DNA of 64,000 nucleotides from Octopus sinensis (Eukaryota): NCBI RefSeq assembly GCF_006345805.1, contig NW_021832612.1, positions 39,787 to 103,786 of the forward strand, read 5' to 3'. Shown piece by piece: positions 52,013 to 64,000 of this stretch (position 1 is its first letter; each line of letters starts with the position of its first letter). The notes under the pieces were generated by a model. It saw only the letters and a program-made list of their open reading frames with translations, ran no database searches and was not told where the DNA came from. The position numbers and the translations under genes were made by a program.

Positions 52013-54791
52013 GGCTTCGGAGAATATATTGTCCATGCAGGGGCTTCTGGCTCCACCGCCTCTCAATTTGATTCTGCCCGTTCTTTTTTGCAGTCTGCCT
52101 GATTCGCTTTGCTTGCTTGGTAGCAGTGGTTTCTGGCTCTTCACCTGATTCAAGGTTAATACCTAGTTCCCTTTCGAACTTATAAGCTTCCTTGACAATA
52201 GAATGCAGCTTTTTGCTGCTTTCGTGTTCACACACAAGTCGCAGCATCCAGTCTTTTGTACTAGATAGGTACCTGTTCATTCCTACAGTAGAGGTCTTAT
52301 AGCACAGCTCTAATTGCATCATTCCTCTCCCCCCGCTGCTTCTAGGTAGGTACAAGCGGTCTACATCTGCCTTAGGGTGGTGCATGCTCCTGGATGTCAG
52401 TAACTTTCTTGTCTTCCTGTCCAAGCGTTGGAGTTCCGTAAGGTTCCAGTTAATGATGTTAAAACTGTACTGGACTACTGGAAGTGCCAGGGTGTTAATG
52501 GCCTCAATGCAATTTTTGGAGTTGAGTTCAGTCTTCAGTACAAGCCTTATTCTCCTATAGTACTCCTTTCTTATTTTTTCCTTCATAGTAGCATGATGTA
52601 TACCATCTCCTTCGTTGATTCCTAGGTATTTGTAACTTTCTTGTGGGTCAAGTTCCTTGATGGTAGTGTCAATATCTAATTTAACAGAAGCTGTTTGCCT
52701 GAGCTTGCCTCTTACAAAAGTTGCTTTAGCACACTTATCAAGGCCAAAATCCATTCCGATATCATTGCTAAACTCTTTAACAGTTGTTAGCAGCCCTTCT
52801 AGCTCTTGGTCATTCTTGGCAAACAGCTTTAGATCGTCCATATAAAAAAGGTGGTTTATTAACTTGCTAAAAACTTTGTACCCATATCTGGCACTATCCA
52901 ATTCGTTTGAGAGTGGGATCAGTGCCATGCAAAAAAGTAATGGAGAGAGGGAGTCACCTTGAAAGATGCCTCGTTTGATGTTGATGCTGTTGGACTGGCT
53001 CATCCCATTACTATGGCTTAGAAAGAGACGTGTGTTCCACATGGTCATGCTATTCTCTAAGAATTTTGAGACGACAGGGGAGATCTTGTATATCTCAAGG
53101 GCCTTGAGTATCCATTTATGTGGGACACTGTCATACGCTTTCCTGTAGTCTATCCATGCCATACTCAGGTTTTTGTTTTTGCTCCGGCAATTCTCTACAA
53201 TCATTCTGTTTATGAGCAATTGGTCTTTGCACCCATAAGAGTTTCTTTTACAACCTTTTTGAGCTTGTGGAAGGATAGAATTTTGTTCAAGGAAAGCGTA
53301 CATTCTCTCCGTTATTATGGATGTGAGGATTTTGTAGGTGGTGTTGAGACATGTTATTGGCCGGTAATTCTTTGGGTTTTTTGTGTCTTCGGTTTTAGGT
53401 AATAGGTAGGTGGTTCCTTCAGTCAGCCAAGCAGGTATTTGCTCTGGGTTCTGAATGACATCAGACAGAGATGCAGCGAGATGTTCGTGTACCTCTGTCA
53501 AACAATTCAGCCAGAAGTTAGGGATCCGATCCAGTCCTGGGGTTTTCCATTTGTGAGCCTTCCTAAGGACACACCTTAGCTCCTCTATTCCTATTGCTTC
53601 CCATTTCTGTTCTTCAAGTTCATCCAGTCTCTCTTTCTCACGTTCTATCCAGTCAGCCTCAGCATTAAACTCTTTTTCGTTGCTCCATACCTTCTTCCAG
53701 AACTCCTCCACTTCCTCAATCTTAGGTGGATCTTCTATGTGTATTTTATTTTTGCCAATTTCCCTATAAAATGTCTTTGCATCTGTCTTAAAAAATTTAT
53801 TTTGTCGATAAAATTTGTTTCTTTTGTCATACCTTCTAAGCCGTTGAGCTTTCAACTGTATCCGTTGTTTCAACAGTTCCTTAGTTGCAGGGAGGTTTAT
53901 GAGATCTTTGATTTTATATTTTTGCTTGATTTTTCTAGCTTTTCTCGGCTTAATATTCACTCCTCTAGCAAGCTCATCGAGAACTGAAACATCCGCCCGC
54001 AGAGATTCAATCTCTTTTTGTATCGCTACTTTCCACTTAGGAGGTTCATTGACATGCCTGGCCTTTTTCTTTGTCATCTTAATACCTAGTTGGGTAGTTA
54101 CTACTTTAGCAGTGGAATAAATGAGATTATTTAAGGTTGTCAAATCATTCCCCTTATTTCTTAAGATCTGTCCTAGGGCAACGTTATATGTCATGATTGT
54201 GTTGTTATTTCTTGTGCCATTTGAAAACTTTGGTAGTGGTTCTCTATTAACCATGTCAGTGAGCTCAATCTTGCCGAGTTCTCTCTTAATGTCCACATTT
54301 GCTTCCATAATCTTTTCTCTATTATTCACCTCAAATTCTATGTCATATCTATTTTGGTTTTCTTGAGGAAGGTCTACGTTCTCCTCTTTTTTCAAATCTC
54401 TCGTCTTCGCTATTCTTTGTTTAACTTCCCCATTGGGAAGTTGATTTGCCGCTTGTACACTGGCTTCTGTGCTACTGTTACCTATTTCGTCTACATTGTT
54501 GCTGTTTTCTTTTGGTCTACCATGAGCTATTAGTGTCCTAATTTTGTCAATTTCAGCGTCAGTTAGTCTTTTGTTTTTAATTATATCTCTGCGTACATTA
54601 CTTAATTTATTTGCGTCTATATATCTACGTACGTCATCGCCTACTGAATTTCTCCATGAGATGTATGTTTGTACACTGAGGTTATTGTTTGGGTTTAGTT
54701 GGGCTGTATAAAAAGCTTTCAACACATCTCTATAGTCCTCTCTGGTCCATTTTATACGTTTTGCTTTAGGTGGTGTTTTTGGTGGTGTCAC
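51954..54791 (-). CDS. R4/Dong polyprotein, N-terminal domain plus RT (frame stays open up to the TAA array at 54908)
   Basis: KWTREDY..DANKLSNVRRDII, KTPGLD, NYRPITCL, QGDSLSPLLF, YMDDLKLF, YKYLG, GGRG. Confidence 0.88.
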   Translation of the reverse strand: MTPPKTPPKAKRIKWTREDYRDVLKAFYTAQLNPNNNLSVQTYISWRNSVGDDVRRYIDANKLSNVRRDIIKNKRLTDAEIDKIRTLIAHGRPKENSNNVDEIGNSSTEASVQAANQLPNGEVKQRIAKTRDLKKEENVDLPQENQNRYDIEFEVNNREKIMEANVDIKRELGKIELTDMVNREPLPKFSNGTRNNNTIMTYNVALGQILRNKGNDLTTLNNLIYSTAKVVTTQLGIKMTKKKARHVNEPPKWKVAIQKEIESLRADVSVLDELARGVNIKPRKARKIKQKYKIKDLINLPATKELLKQRIQLKAQRLRRYDKRNKFYRQNKFFKTDAKTFYREIGKNKIHIEDPPKIEEVEEFWKKVWSNEKEFNAEADWIEREKERLDELEEQKWEAIGIEELRCVLRKAHKWKTPGLDRIPNFWLNCLTEVHEHLAASLSDVIQNPEQIPAWLTEGTTYLLPKTEDTKNPKNYRPITCLNTTYKILTSIITERMYAFLEQNSILPQAQKGCKRNSYGCKDQLLINRMIVENCRSKNKNLSMAWIDYRKAYDSVPHKWILKALEIYKISPVVSKFLENSMTMWNTRLFLSHSNGMSQSNSINIKRGIFQGDSLSPLLFCMALIPLSNELDSARYGYKVFSKLINHLFYMDDLKLFAKNDQELEGLLTTVKEFSNDIGMDFGLDKCAKATFVRGKLRQTASVKLDIDTTIKELDPQESYKYLGINEGDGIHHATMKEKIRKEYYRRIRLVLKTELNSKNCIEAINTLALPVVQYSFNIINWNLTELQRLDRKTRKLLTSRSMHHPKADVDRLYLPRSSGGRGMMQLELCYKTSTVGMNRYLSSTKDWMLRLVCEHESSKKLHSIVKEAYKFERELGINLESGEEPETTATKQAKRIRQTAKKNGQNQIERRWSQKPLHGQYILRSQRPSNNPSVAEEFWIESRD

Positions 54792-54907
54792 TACAAGTCC
54801 AGAGTTAGAAGTATTCTGGTTCTGGTCACCTGGTAGATCGTCTTTTTGAGAGTTTGTTCCAGCAGCAAACTTTTCGACCCCAGTCTGGTTCCCTACTGGG
54901 TAACGCG

Positions 54908-54908
<1 letters not shown>

Positions 54909-54996
<88 letters not shown>
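54909..54996. repeat. (ATT)n array between two Dong elements
   Basis: Direct reading. Confidence 0.95.
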
Positions 54997-57560
54997 CATT
55001 TTTCTCTTTCTTCAAATTTTCTTCCGTTTCTCGCCGAGTGTTTTCCGTACACCTTGGGCAGAGAAGCTCATTGTATGCATTCCCAGATTACACACGCAAA
55101 TTCACAGGTAAAATATATATTTAAAAAATTAATAAATAAATAAATTCATGAATAGATGTTGTTTTCACAGCGATAATGCCCTTCTCGGTACATGAGCCGT
55201 TCCAGTTAACACGATTTTTTGCACTTCATGTAGGAATGGTAAGCCTGGTATCATTTTCAAATAGGTTTCAGTACCTTTTTTTATCATTCCTAGAGATCCT
55301 ACAATCTGGTACTGTAGTCGCCTTGAGATGCCACATTTTTTCAATTTCTATTAGCAAGTCTTTATATTTACTGATCTTGTCAGATTCTTTCGCCGCTATA
55401 TTGTGATCGCAAGGAATACTCATATCAATTAATAAACACGCCTTTTTCGTCTAATCTTTTATAATAATATCCGGTTTATTAGCTTATATATATTATATAT
55501 ATTAGCTTAGCTTATATATTCTGCACCCTGAGATTAGGTGGTCTATTGTTTCAATCTTATCGTTACAGAATCGGCATTTTGGGTCAGCTCCATTTTTCAT
55601 CACATTGGCTTGGTAGTTCCGGGTTAATAAGCTTTGGTCTTGAGCAGCTAATACGAAACCTTCACTCTCTGCTTTTAGCCCTGAGCTTCGTAACCATTGA
55701 TGCGTATGTTTCTGGTCGACATCAGCTTGTTTGTTACAGGTCACATACTTGCCATGCAGAGGTTTCTGTTCCCATCTGCTAGCTAATTTTTCATGTGCTT
55801 TTGTCTTTGCAAGTAATTTTATTTTCTTTGCAGCAGCAGTTGGCGCATTTCCTTCAGCCTGATCAATCTTGTAGGTATCTAAGAGATCAGTAGCGAATTT
55901 TTTGCTCTCTTTGAAAATAGAGTGATGTTTTTTCGGTCTTTCATGTTTTCCAACAAGTTTTAGCATCCAATCGTTGGTTGCTTCATGGTATTTGACCAGT
56001 CCGATTGTGGTGGCTTTGTACGTAAGTTCAAGCTGGTTCAAATCTCGACCTTCCTGAGCTCTGGGAAGGTAAAGGCGATCCACGTCTGCCTTTGGATGGT
56101 GCATCTTATTACAAGTCAGTAGCTTGCGGATTTTTCTGTCAATTTTCATTATTTCACTGGTATTCCAGTTTAGCACATTGAAGCTATAAAGAACAACTGG
56201 TACTGCAAAGGGATTTATAGCTTACACCTTATTATATGCATTCAGCTCAGACTTCAGGAATGCTCGAACTCTTCTAAAACATTCCTTCCTAACCTTCTCT
56301 TTCATGCTTGCATGCTGGATACTAGAGCCTTCATTTATTCCTAGGTATTTATAGGTTTGTTCCTGCTCAAGTTCCTTTATTACTGTTTCGACATCTAATT
56401 CGATTGAACTTAACTTTATCAATTTCCCTTTCTTAAAAGTGGCTTTGGCACACTTTTCAATGCCGAACTCCATCCCAATATCATCACTGAATCCTTTCAC
56501 GGTATGTAGTAGTCCTTCAAGCTCTTCATCATCTTTGCCATATAGATTTAAATCATCCATATAAAAATAATTGGCTTATTTTCTTGTTGTCAATTTTGTA
56601 GCCATATCCTATTCTATTCAGTTCACTTGAGAGTGGTATTAGTGCTATGCAGAAAATTAGTGGCGAAATGAGTCATCTTGGAAAATGCCACAGTTTATGC
56701 TAATGTTGTTTGAGCGCAATACTCCATTAGAATGATATAATTGAAGCTTTGTGTTCCATAGTTCCATAGGTCGGCGATTGAGATGTCTTCCTATATCCGT
56801 TCTTGTAGATTTTTGTAGGCATCTTGGGTGCGTTTGATCCACTCTGCATTTTCATTGCATGGTTTCTCATCACTCCAGATCCCTTTCCAAAAGTTTTCAA
56901 CTTCTTCTATTAGGGGTGGATTTTCAATGGTTACTTTTTCGTTCCTTAATTCCCTGTAAAATGATTTGACATTGGATTTTAACATTATATTTTGCTTGTA
57001 GTATTTGATTCTTTTCTCAAATCTGCGTATTCTCTGAGCTTTTGCTTGAACTTTTTGTTTAAGTGTTTCTTTCGCTGACCTTCTCTTGTTGAGTGTCCAT
57101 ATTTTCTCAAAATCTTCCTGCCTTTTCTTGATCTTACATCATTTCCAAAGATTATCTCAGTTAATATTGATATCTCCCTTCGCAATGATTCAATTTCAGT
57201 TTCAATTCTACTCCTCCTGTTTGATTTTCTTTTCCAATTTGGTATTGTTGGCTTTTGGGGTGTTAAACAGAGTCTTTCGATTACCTTAGCAACAGTGTAA
57301 ATAATTTCATTTAACTTATTATTAAGCTTGGGTTTATTTGTTGTATGATTTCTTGTGTAACGCAGTTGCCAATTTTTATCTGTGTTTTATGTTGGTGTGC
57401 ATTTGAGAGTTTATGAAGTGGTTCTCTATCATTCATATTTGTATGCCCTATAACTGCAAGCTCATTCAGAATTTCCTGCTTCATTTCAGTGATAGATACG
57501 CTGCTTCTTACTGCAAATTCCCTTCCAAAATTTCTTTGTTTGTTAGGTGATGCAACAGAA
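54997..57560 (-). mobile_element. Degenerate, internally deleted R4/Dong element (third family)
   Basis: ORF pieces MDDLNLY..YKYLG, HHPKADVDRLYLPR, AAQDQ and CRFC..HLISGC; RLE remnant at 55200-55480. Confidence 0.85.
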
Positions 57561-57997
57561 GGGATTCAGCATGGAAGATTTAATCCACGCACACACAGCA
57601 TACACACACATACCGCACACACACACGCACACACACACACACACACATAGCTCTCACATATACACATGCATTGTTTGCGGCTGATGCACCAGCAAGCACA
57701 AGAACTCGAGAATCCGCTGAAGCCACAAACTTCCAGTCCAACAGGAAGTTAGAAGGAAATCTCACGTGCCATTAATGGTAACCAGTGTGACATATTTTCT
57801 TCCTCTTATCGAAAGTCCTGCAATCTTTCATGGTTGTTAATTCTTCTCATTTGATTAAGTTTTAAAAAAGAAAATTAACATAGACATAATAACACAATCT
57901 ACACGCTCTCTCACCCCTCCACCCCCTTCTTTAAATAAAAATCATGAAAATGAATCCTCTGGGTTTTTTTCTCTGATATACATTGCATGCAATGCAT

Positions 57998-58210
57998 TGG
58001 TTTCAAACTTTGGCACAAGGCCAGCAATTTCAGGGGTGGTGTTAACAGATTACATCGGCCTCAGTATCCAACTGCTACCTGGTTTATCGGCCCCGAATGG
58101 ATGAAAGACAAAGTCGACCTCGACGGTATTTGAACTCGGAACGTAAAGACGGTCGAAATGCTGCTAAGCATTTCGTCCGGCATGCTAACGATTCGGTCAG
58201 TCCGCCGCTT
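57998..58210 (-). mobile_element. tRNA-derived SINE; its 5' part marks the start of duplication block 2
   Basis: Core caaagtcgacctcgacggtatttgaactcggaacgt; only the head portion survives at 16043-16085. Confidence 0.75.
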
Positions 58211-59762
58211 TAGCATTGCAGATAACATATTAAAATTAATTCCGATCTATTCTACAGGCTTCTCTGAACTGTTCCAGAAAAAAAATCATTTTTCCTACTC
58301 CAATGCGGACTAATTATATTTGTAAGACATATACACCGGACTCCTTACCAAGAATCGAAACCTCGATCTTCACGCTTGTTTATATTGTTCTCGCCGTTTA
58401 TGTTTAGAATTCATTCGTTTTACCTATTTAAATCGCCACCATTTTAGATGAGACAGGGTTTAATCTTGTTAACCCAATCCGGTCTATTGTCAATGGTCTA
58501 ACTTGACTTTAGTACTGCAATAAATTCGAGATACCAAGAGAAAAATATTCTCTTTCCTCTGCAACTTCCAAACAGTTAACTATGACACCTTCTCGGGAGC
58601 TTCGCCCCATTTATCCCCCTCAAGTTAGGGATCACTATTAACAACTGCCATGGTAATAGATTATCCATCAAAACTAACTAAATTTTGTGTTTACTTCCCA
58701 CTCGTCGCAGTTGCAGAACCGCGTAAGTAAAATCTACAGCAGTTCTTTGCAGTGCATCCAGAAATATTATCTAAGCAATGCACAGTCTTTCGCCAACTTG
58801 TCACATCTCTACGTGTTACAAGCAACTTGCTACATCGTGCCTGTTACGCCTTTCCCGTTACAATTATACCGTTATACATACAAAGACATGTTTGAAGTAC
58901 ATTTCGAAAGAAGCTAGAATCTTTATAAACGTCAGTCCCTTCATACCTGGGGCCTTGAGTTATTACTAGAAATAAAGGATAGTAAATAAAACTCAACATA
59001 TATTAAAGAAGTAATGATTTCTTATATAAAATTGTCTTATATATAAATAGGGAAGTCGATTGCATTAAAGAGATTAGGATTTCTTGATTAATATTAAAGA
59101 AATCACGAAAGATATTAAGACCATCAGAAGAATAAGAAACTATTTTGATTCCATTTCAGAACTTTGGAATGATTTCAAACAGTCAAATACACTGGACAAG
59201 ATTAACTCTGTGGGATGTGGTATAAGAGTTTTCGACTCTTATTATTTCGTTGACAGTAAGACCTATTTTTGCTTATTTTTTTGTGTGCTTTTTTTTTCTT
59301 TTTCTTGTTTCTCATCTTTAATTCATTGATCTTCTGTCTCCAGTTCTTGTCGAAAAAATAAGAGAAATTAATGTCGCTCTCTTCTTCATCGCATTATTTC
59401 TTCTACTTACAGTCCTAATTCTTAGTTAAATATATTAGCAGTAAATTTATAATTCCTCTCCCCGAGATACCCAGCCACATGCCACTTCTCCTTCTCCCGT
59501 CATACATGCTATTACACCAACCAGATCACATCCTGCATCAATTATTATCCCCAATCTTTCATTTCTAGATTATACAACATTCAGGATCTCACTCCATACT
59601 CGCACTACTCTAAAGATGTCCAAACGGAACATTAATAAAATCGATCTATCGAATCAATAGACCATATCCATTCGTTTCCCTTGTACCTTCCAACGAAGTG
59701 AAACAGATTCATTTATGTTGTTATATTTCTTGTGTTTTCTCTTGCTTTTTTTTCTACTGCAG

Positions 59763-59959
59763 AAAAAGATATTAAGGATTTGACAACTTATTCAACATTT
59801 TCCTTCAAACAAAATCCATATCACAACCTTATTACCAAGGCCCAAATGGATGCTCACTCGGTTCTGGATTGTTCACGTTTATGTATGATATCTTCTACAT
59901 GTACCGCCTTTTCATATACTGACACTAAGTGTTTACTAAAGAAACTTGTTGACCTTTAA
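59763..59959 (+). CDS. Terminal exon (phase 1), PAN/apple-like domain, paralog 2
   Basis: Acceptor ttttttctactgcag; KDIKDLTTYSTFSFKQNPYHNLITKAQMDAHSVLDCSRLCMISSTCTAFSYTDTKCLLKKLVDL*. Confidence 0.78.
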
Positions 59960-60067
59960 TGGAATTCACCCCAAAATTATTTACTTCTCAATGAAATGTG
60001 AGCAAGACTTCAACGGATCACGTTTGCTAATAATAATTATATAAGATAAAATGTGTATTTCTTCATA

Positions 60068-60073
60068 AATAAA
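60068..60073 (+). promoter_or_regulatory. Candidate polyadenylation signal of paralog 2
   Basis: AATAAA ~110 nt after the stop and followed by a T-rich tract; the homologous site in paralog 1 reads AACAAA (18909). Confidence 0.4.
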
Positions 60074-61440
60074 ATCAATTTAATTCAGTTATTTCTTTTG
60101 TTAATTTATTTTTATTGCTAACGTTTTTCCTTTTTAGTCTTCTCTTAGAAATCCATTCACACTTTGGATGATTTATAAGATTATTAAATTTACCCGAGTA
60201 CCAATAGAACACTTGGGTATTATTTTATCAACCTTCAAAGAAAGAAACAAAAAATTAACAATAATAAGCAATAATAATCTCATGGCTTCTGATCGTAACT
60301 GACTGGAAGTGTCATCTTGTACATTGTTTTGTCCAGGTATAAAAAGATGGGCTACAGCAAATATTCTGCTCAATATCACAGATTTGCTTGTCGGTTGTTT
60401 GATCTTAAACAGTTGAGCATGTCATTTAATGGCTGACAATATGGGCACCTCTTGAAAGATGTGTGTTTTATTCATCATTCTTAAACAAACCTTATTCAGG
60501 GACCTTTTATATCTGCTTCCGTTGTTTTGTTTTATTGATTATGCGGTAATCCACCCCCACCCCACTGGCCTTATCCTTGTCCTCATCCCCATCATCATCA
60601 CCATCATCATCACCACCACCACCATAATCACCATCATCATCTTCGTACCTGTGTGAATCACCATCGTCTTCATAGTAGTTAGGATACTGCTGCAGCTGTT
60701 CCTACTACTATAACTACCACTACAACTAATGATGATGATGATGATGATGATGACGATGATGATGATGATGATGATGAGGCCCTCCTCCCCACCAATGACG
60801 CAATACAAATATCCTTCAGACCAATATAAAACAGACGGCGATGTCGAGAAAATATATTTTTACAATTTCCTCTCAGGCACTCGACACTCAACGGTTCGCT
60901 CTGCAGTTTCAAGACTTTCAACGTTTCAAAATGCTCAAACTATTTCGCAGGTTGTCCACAATTTTTGGTAAGCTGAATATTCTTACATTTCTCTCCACAC
61001 ATTTCCAGTTTTCTTTTAAAATCAAACTCAATGGCAGTTTTAATGTGTTCCATAATAATATTTAGTGATTGTGTATAAATACGATGTTTTCTCTATAAAA
61101 TGATTCTGTAGAAAACTAGCGCTACACGAAGAAATTTCACAATCATTTCCAAAATGATAAAATTGTTGGAATCCTGTAAGAAAACCGCAAAAATAAGGAA
61201 TTTCTTTGGAAATTATTTCTTCTTTTTATCATTTACTTGTTTCATTCATTAAAGTGTGGCCATGCTGGGGCACCACCTTAGAGAGCTTTAGTCGAATGAA
61301 TCGGCCCCAGTTCTTATTGTTTTATAAGCCTGGTACTTATTGTATCGGTTCCTTACTGTCGGACTGCTATGTTACAGGGATATAAATATGCCAATACTGC
61401 TTGTCACATAACGATGAGGGATAAACAGACACACGCACAC

Positions 61441-61515
<75 letters not shown>

Positions 61516-61569
61516 TGTGTGTGTGTGTGTGTGTATATATATGTGTGTGTGTGTGTGTGTGCATGTATG

Positions 61570-61600
<31 letters not shown>

Positions 61601-62764
61601 TTGTTTTGCAAGGTTCTTGATGTGAATTCGTTTGTTGAAACAGATGTTGTATTTGGGGATGTCATATTGTCAGTTTAGCCAATGAAAATACGTGCACTAT
61701 ATATTTGGTGCTCGCTTACTTCAGCTTTATTTCATATTAATCGTATTTCGGCCAGAGTTCTTTCGTCACACTTCTGTCACCTCATCAGTGATCCTTTGCT
61801 TTCTTCTTTTCTTTTTTGTGTCTCTCCTTCCTAACGATCTGCTATTTTGTATTCCTGTTGTATGTGTCTTTATTTGCGCATGTGTATATCCCTGTGTGTG
61901 TGTCTATGTTTTGTAAGTGTGTGTATGGTAACTGCATTATTCATTATCAGTATCCCCTGTTTATTCACGTTCGTTTAATTAAATTTTATTTTACTTTATT
62001 CATTTGTTTTTATCAGTTCGAGGGATTTCATGAAATCGATTTTATGCATTGAAATTTCTTTTTTCTACAAAAAATGTTATGTATGTTTGTTCCTTAAACT
62101 TGAGTGTGATAGTATAGATCTATACATTTTTATGAATATGGTTCTATAAGGAGACTTATGATATATGTTACCGGCGTCGCTGAGGTAAGGAAAAACATTA
62201 TAAACGACACCACTAATTGACACGTTATTAATTAGCGTAATAGCAGCATAGCCTTCAAAAAACATGGATTACATGCAAAATATGTGAGCAAGAGAAATAA
62301 TATTCTTAATTTAAATTCAAAATACATTGAAAGTCAACAATGTTTGGTTTAGAAGCGATGAGAGGAACTGAAAGATACGGAAATAATTTTATTCTCAAAC
62401 GCAGGTTAATGCTAATAACATAGCACGAATAGGATAAACTATCCATATTTCTTTAGAAAAATCTGTCGTTGGCCAGCCATGAGACTCGAACTCACATCCC
62501 TGCGATTACCATTAAGTTAAACTGCCCAGCGACGAATTATTTTGCAATTTTAGGATGTATAAATCTAGCTTTAAAAGACGCTATCGTACGTATTATACAA
62601 AATAAGTTGAAAGTCAAGAAACAGAATATGGCTAATTTCTCCAGTTCATGCTATATTATTAGCATCACCATGCGTTTGAGAATAAGATTATTTCTTCATC
62701 TGTATGATAGCGTCTTATAAAGCTAGAAGTAAATATCCGAAAATTGGAGAAGAACTTGTCGCTC

Positions 62765-62836
62765 GGCAGTTTAGCTTAATGGTAAAGCCCTTACCGCGTA
62801 GTCATAGGTATGTAAGTTCGAGTCTCATGGCTGGTC
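62765..62836 (+). pseudogene. tRNA-like sequence (Thr-CGT-like, degenerate) inside a ~230-bp repeat unit
   Basis: A box TAGCTTAATGGT and B box GTTCGAGTC, but stems are mismatched; an inverted copy with a deletion lies at 62470-62527. Confidence 0.5.
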
Positions 62837-63170
62837 GCCAACAGATTTTTCTACAAAATATGGATAGTTTATCCTACTAATGCTATGTTGTTAGCATTAT
62901 CCTACGTTTGAGAATACAATTATTTCTTTATCTCTATTTTTCAATATCCTTAAGATTATAAACTTGAAAAATTACAGGACAAGTTATTACACTTGGAAAA
63001 GTTCAAGACAACTTATTATATATGGTAAAATGCATAAAAAAATTACTTAAAATATTGCAGCTAAGGATAAAATGTGAATATTAAAATTTATTTGATTTTG
63101 ATAAAAAAAAAGGTACTATCATTTTGTTAAAATATTGATACACATGAATACAGAGAAACAGAAGTCCCAA

Positions 63171-63351
63171 TAGGCGCAGGAGTGGCTGTGTGGTAAGTAG
63201 CTAGCTTACGAATCACATGGTTCCGGGTTCAGTCCCACTGCGTGGCATCTTGGGCAAGTGTCTTCTGCTATAGCCCCGGGCCGACCAATGCCTTGTGAGT
63301 GGATTTGGTAGACGGAAACTGAAAGAAGCCTGTCGTATATATGTATATATA

Positions 63352-63397
<46 letters not shown>

Positions 63398-63637
63398 TAT
63401 ATATATATGTACGTGTGTGTGTGTTTTTGTGTCTGTGTTTGTCCTCCTAGCATTGCTTGACAACCGATGCTGGTGTGTTTACGTCCCCGTCACTTAGCGA
63501 TTCGGCAAAATATACCGATAGAATAAGTACTGGGCTTACAAAGAATAAGTCCCGGGGTCGATTTGCTCGACTAAAGGCAGTGCTCCAGCATGGCTGCAGT
63601 CAAAATGACTGAAACAAGTAAAAGAGTAAAAGAGAGA
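63171..63637 (+). mobile_element. Complete tRNA-derived CORE-like SINE with internal (TA)n/(TG)n
   Basis: A box TGGCTGTGTGGT, B box GGTTCAGTCC, core cttgggcaagtg and tail gactgaaacaagtaaaagag; a minus-strand 3' fragment lies at ~61225-61430. Confidence 0.8.
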
Positions 63638-64000
63638 GTATATAACTAAAGCTTTATACAAAATAAAATAGTATACATGGTAGGCAAATTCCTCATGTGA
63701 AAAATAGGCATCAAGACTAAAAATGGGAAGACTTGGCAATAACTCAGGCAATAACTCCAGCAAATGGTAGATTTTACAGCAATATATAACTAATTTTGTA
63801 TTGTTCTATTTATTGTACTAATTATATTCTACTATTTTCAACATTCTAATTATTAATTAATAATTTAAAAAATGAATATGTTTTAAAGTGCAAAAAATAT
63901 TTTGAGTTATTTTTAATTTTTCATATAAGTAACACGCACACACAAATAGAAGTAATAACCTGTAATGAAATTTTTAGTTTTAATAAAAGCTAATATTTTC

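Larger units (their letters stand above)
51150..54908 (-). mobile_element. Nearly intact R4/Dong element (second family)
   Basis: 945-aa ORF plus C-terminal ORF separated by one frameshift near 52015; ATT arrays at 51111-51145 and 54909-54996. Confidence 0.93.

Noticed and set aside
62765-62840. Functional tRNA-Thr gene
   Set aside because: Acceptor, anticodon and T stems are mismatched, and it is part of a repeat unit.

Overview
AT-rich, microsatellite- and transposon-dense animal DNA; the SINE and LINE content suggests an octopus genome (inference). Most of the window is mobile DNA: many R4/Dong-clade non-LTR elements sitting in (TAA)n arrays (one nearly intact), L1/Tx1 remnants, Penelope-like pieces with minimal hammerhead-like motifs, a TIR-complete mariner, a DD41D derivative, hAT, Gypsy and Helitron remnants, and tRNA-derived SINEs. 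Between the repeats on the + strand are spliced exons of two tandem paralogous genes encoding small, probably secreted PAN/apple-domain proteins. Each has a 231-bp phase 1-1 PAN exon (12264-12494 and 48783-49013) followed by a terminal PAN exon (17848 and 18608 as a tandem duplicate; 59763). The two 231-bp exons differ at 34 of 76 residues but show only one silent change in the 42 conserved codons, and they are much more diverged than their flanking introns. This is a toxin- or immune-like signature of diversifying selection and is the main discovery candidate. Transposon remnant boundaries are approximate, and all counts were done by hand.
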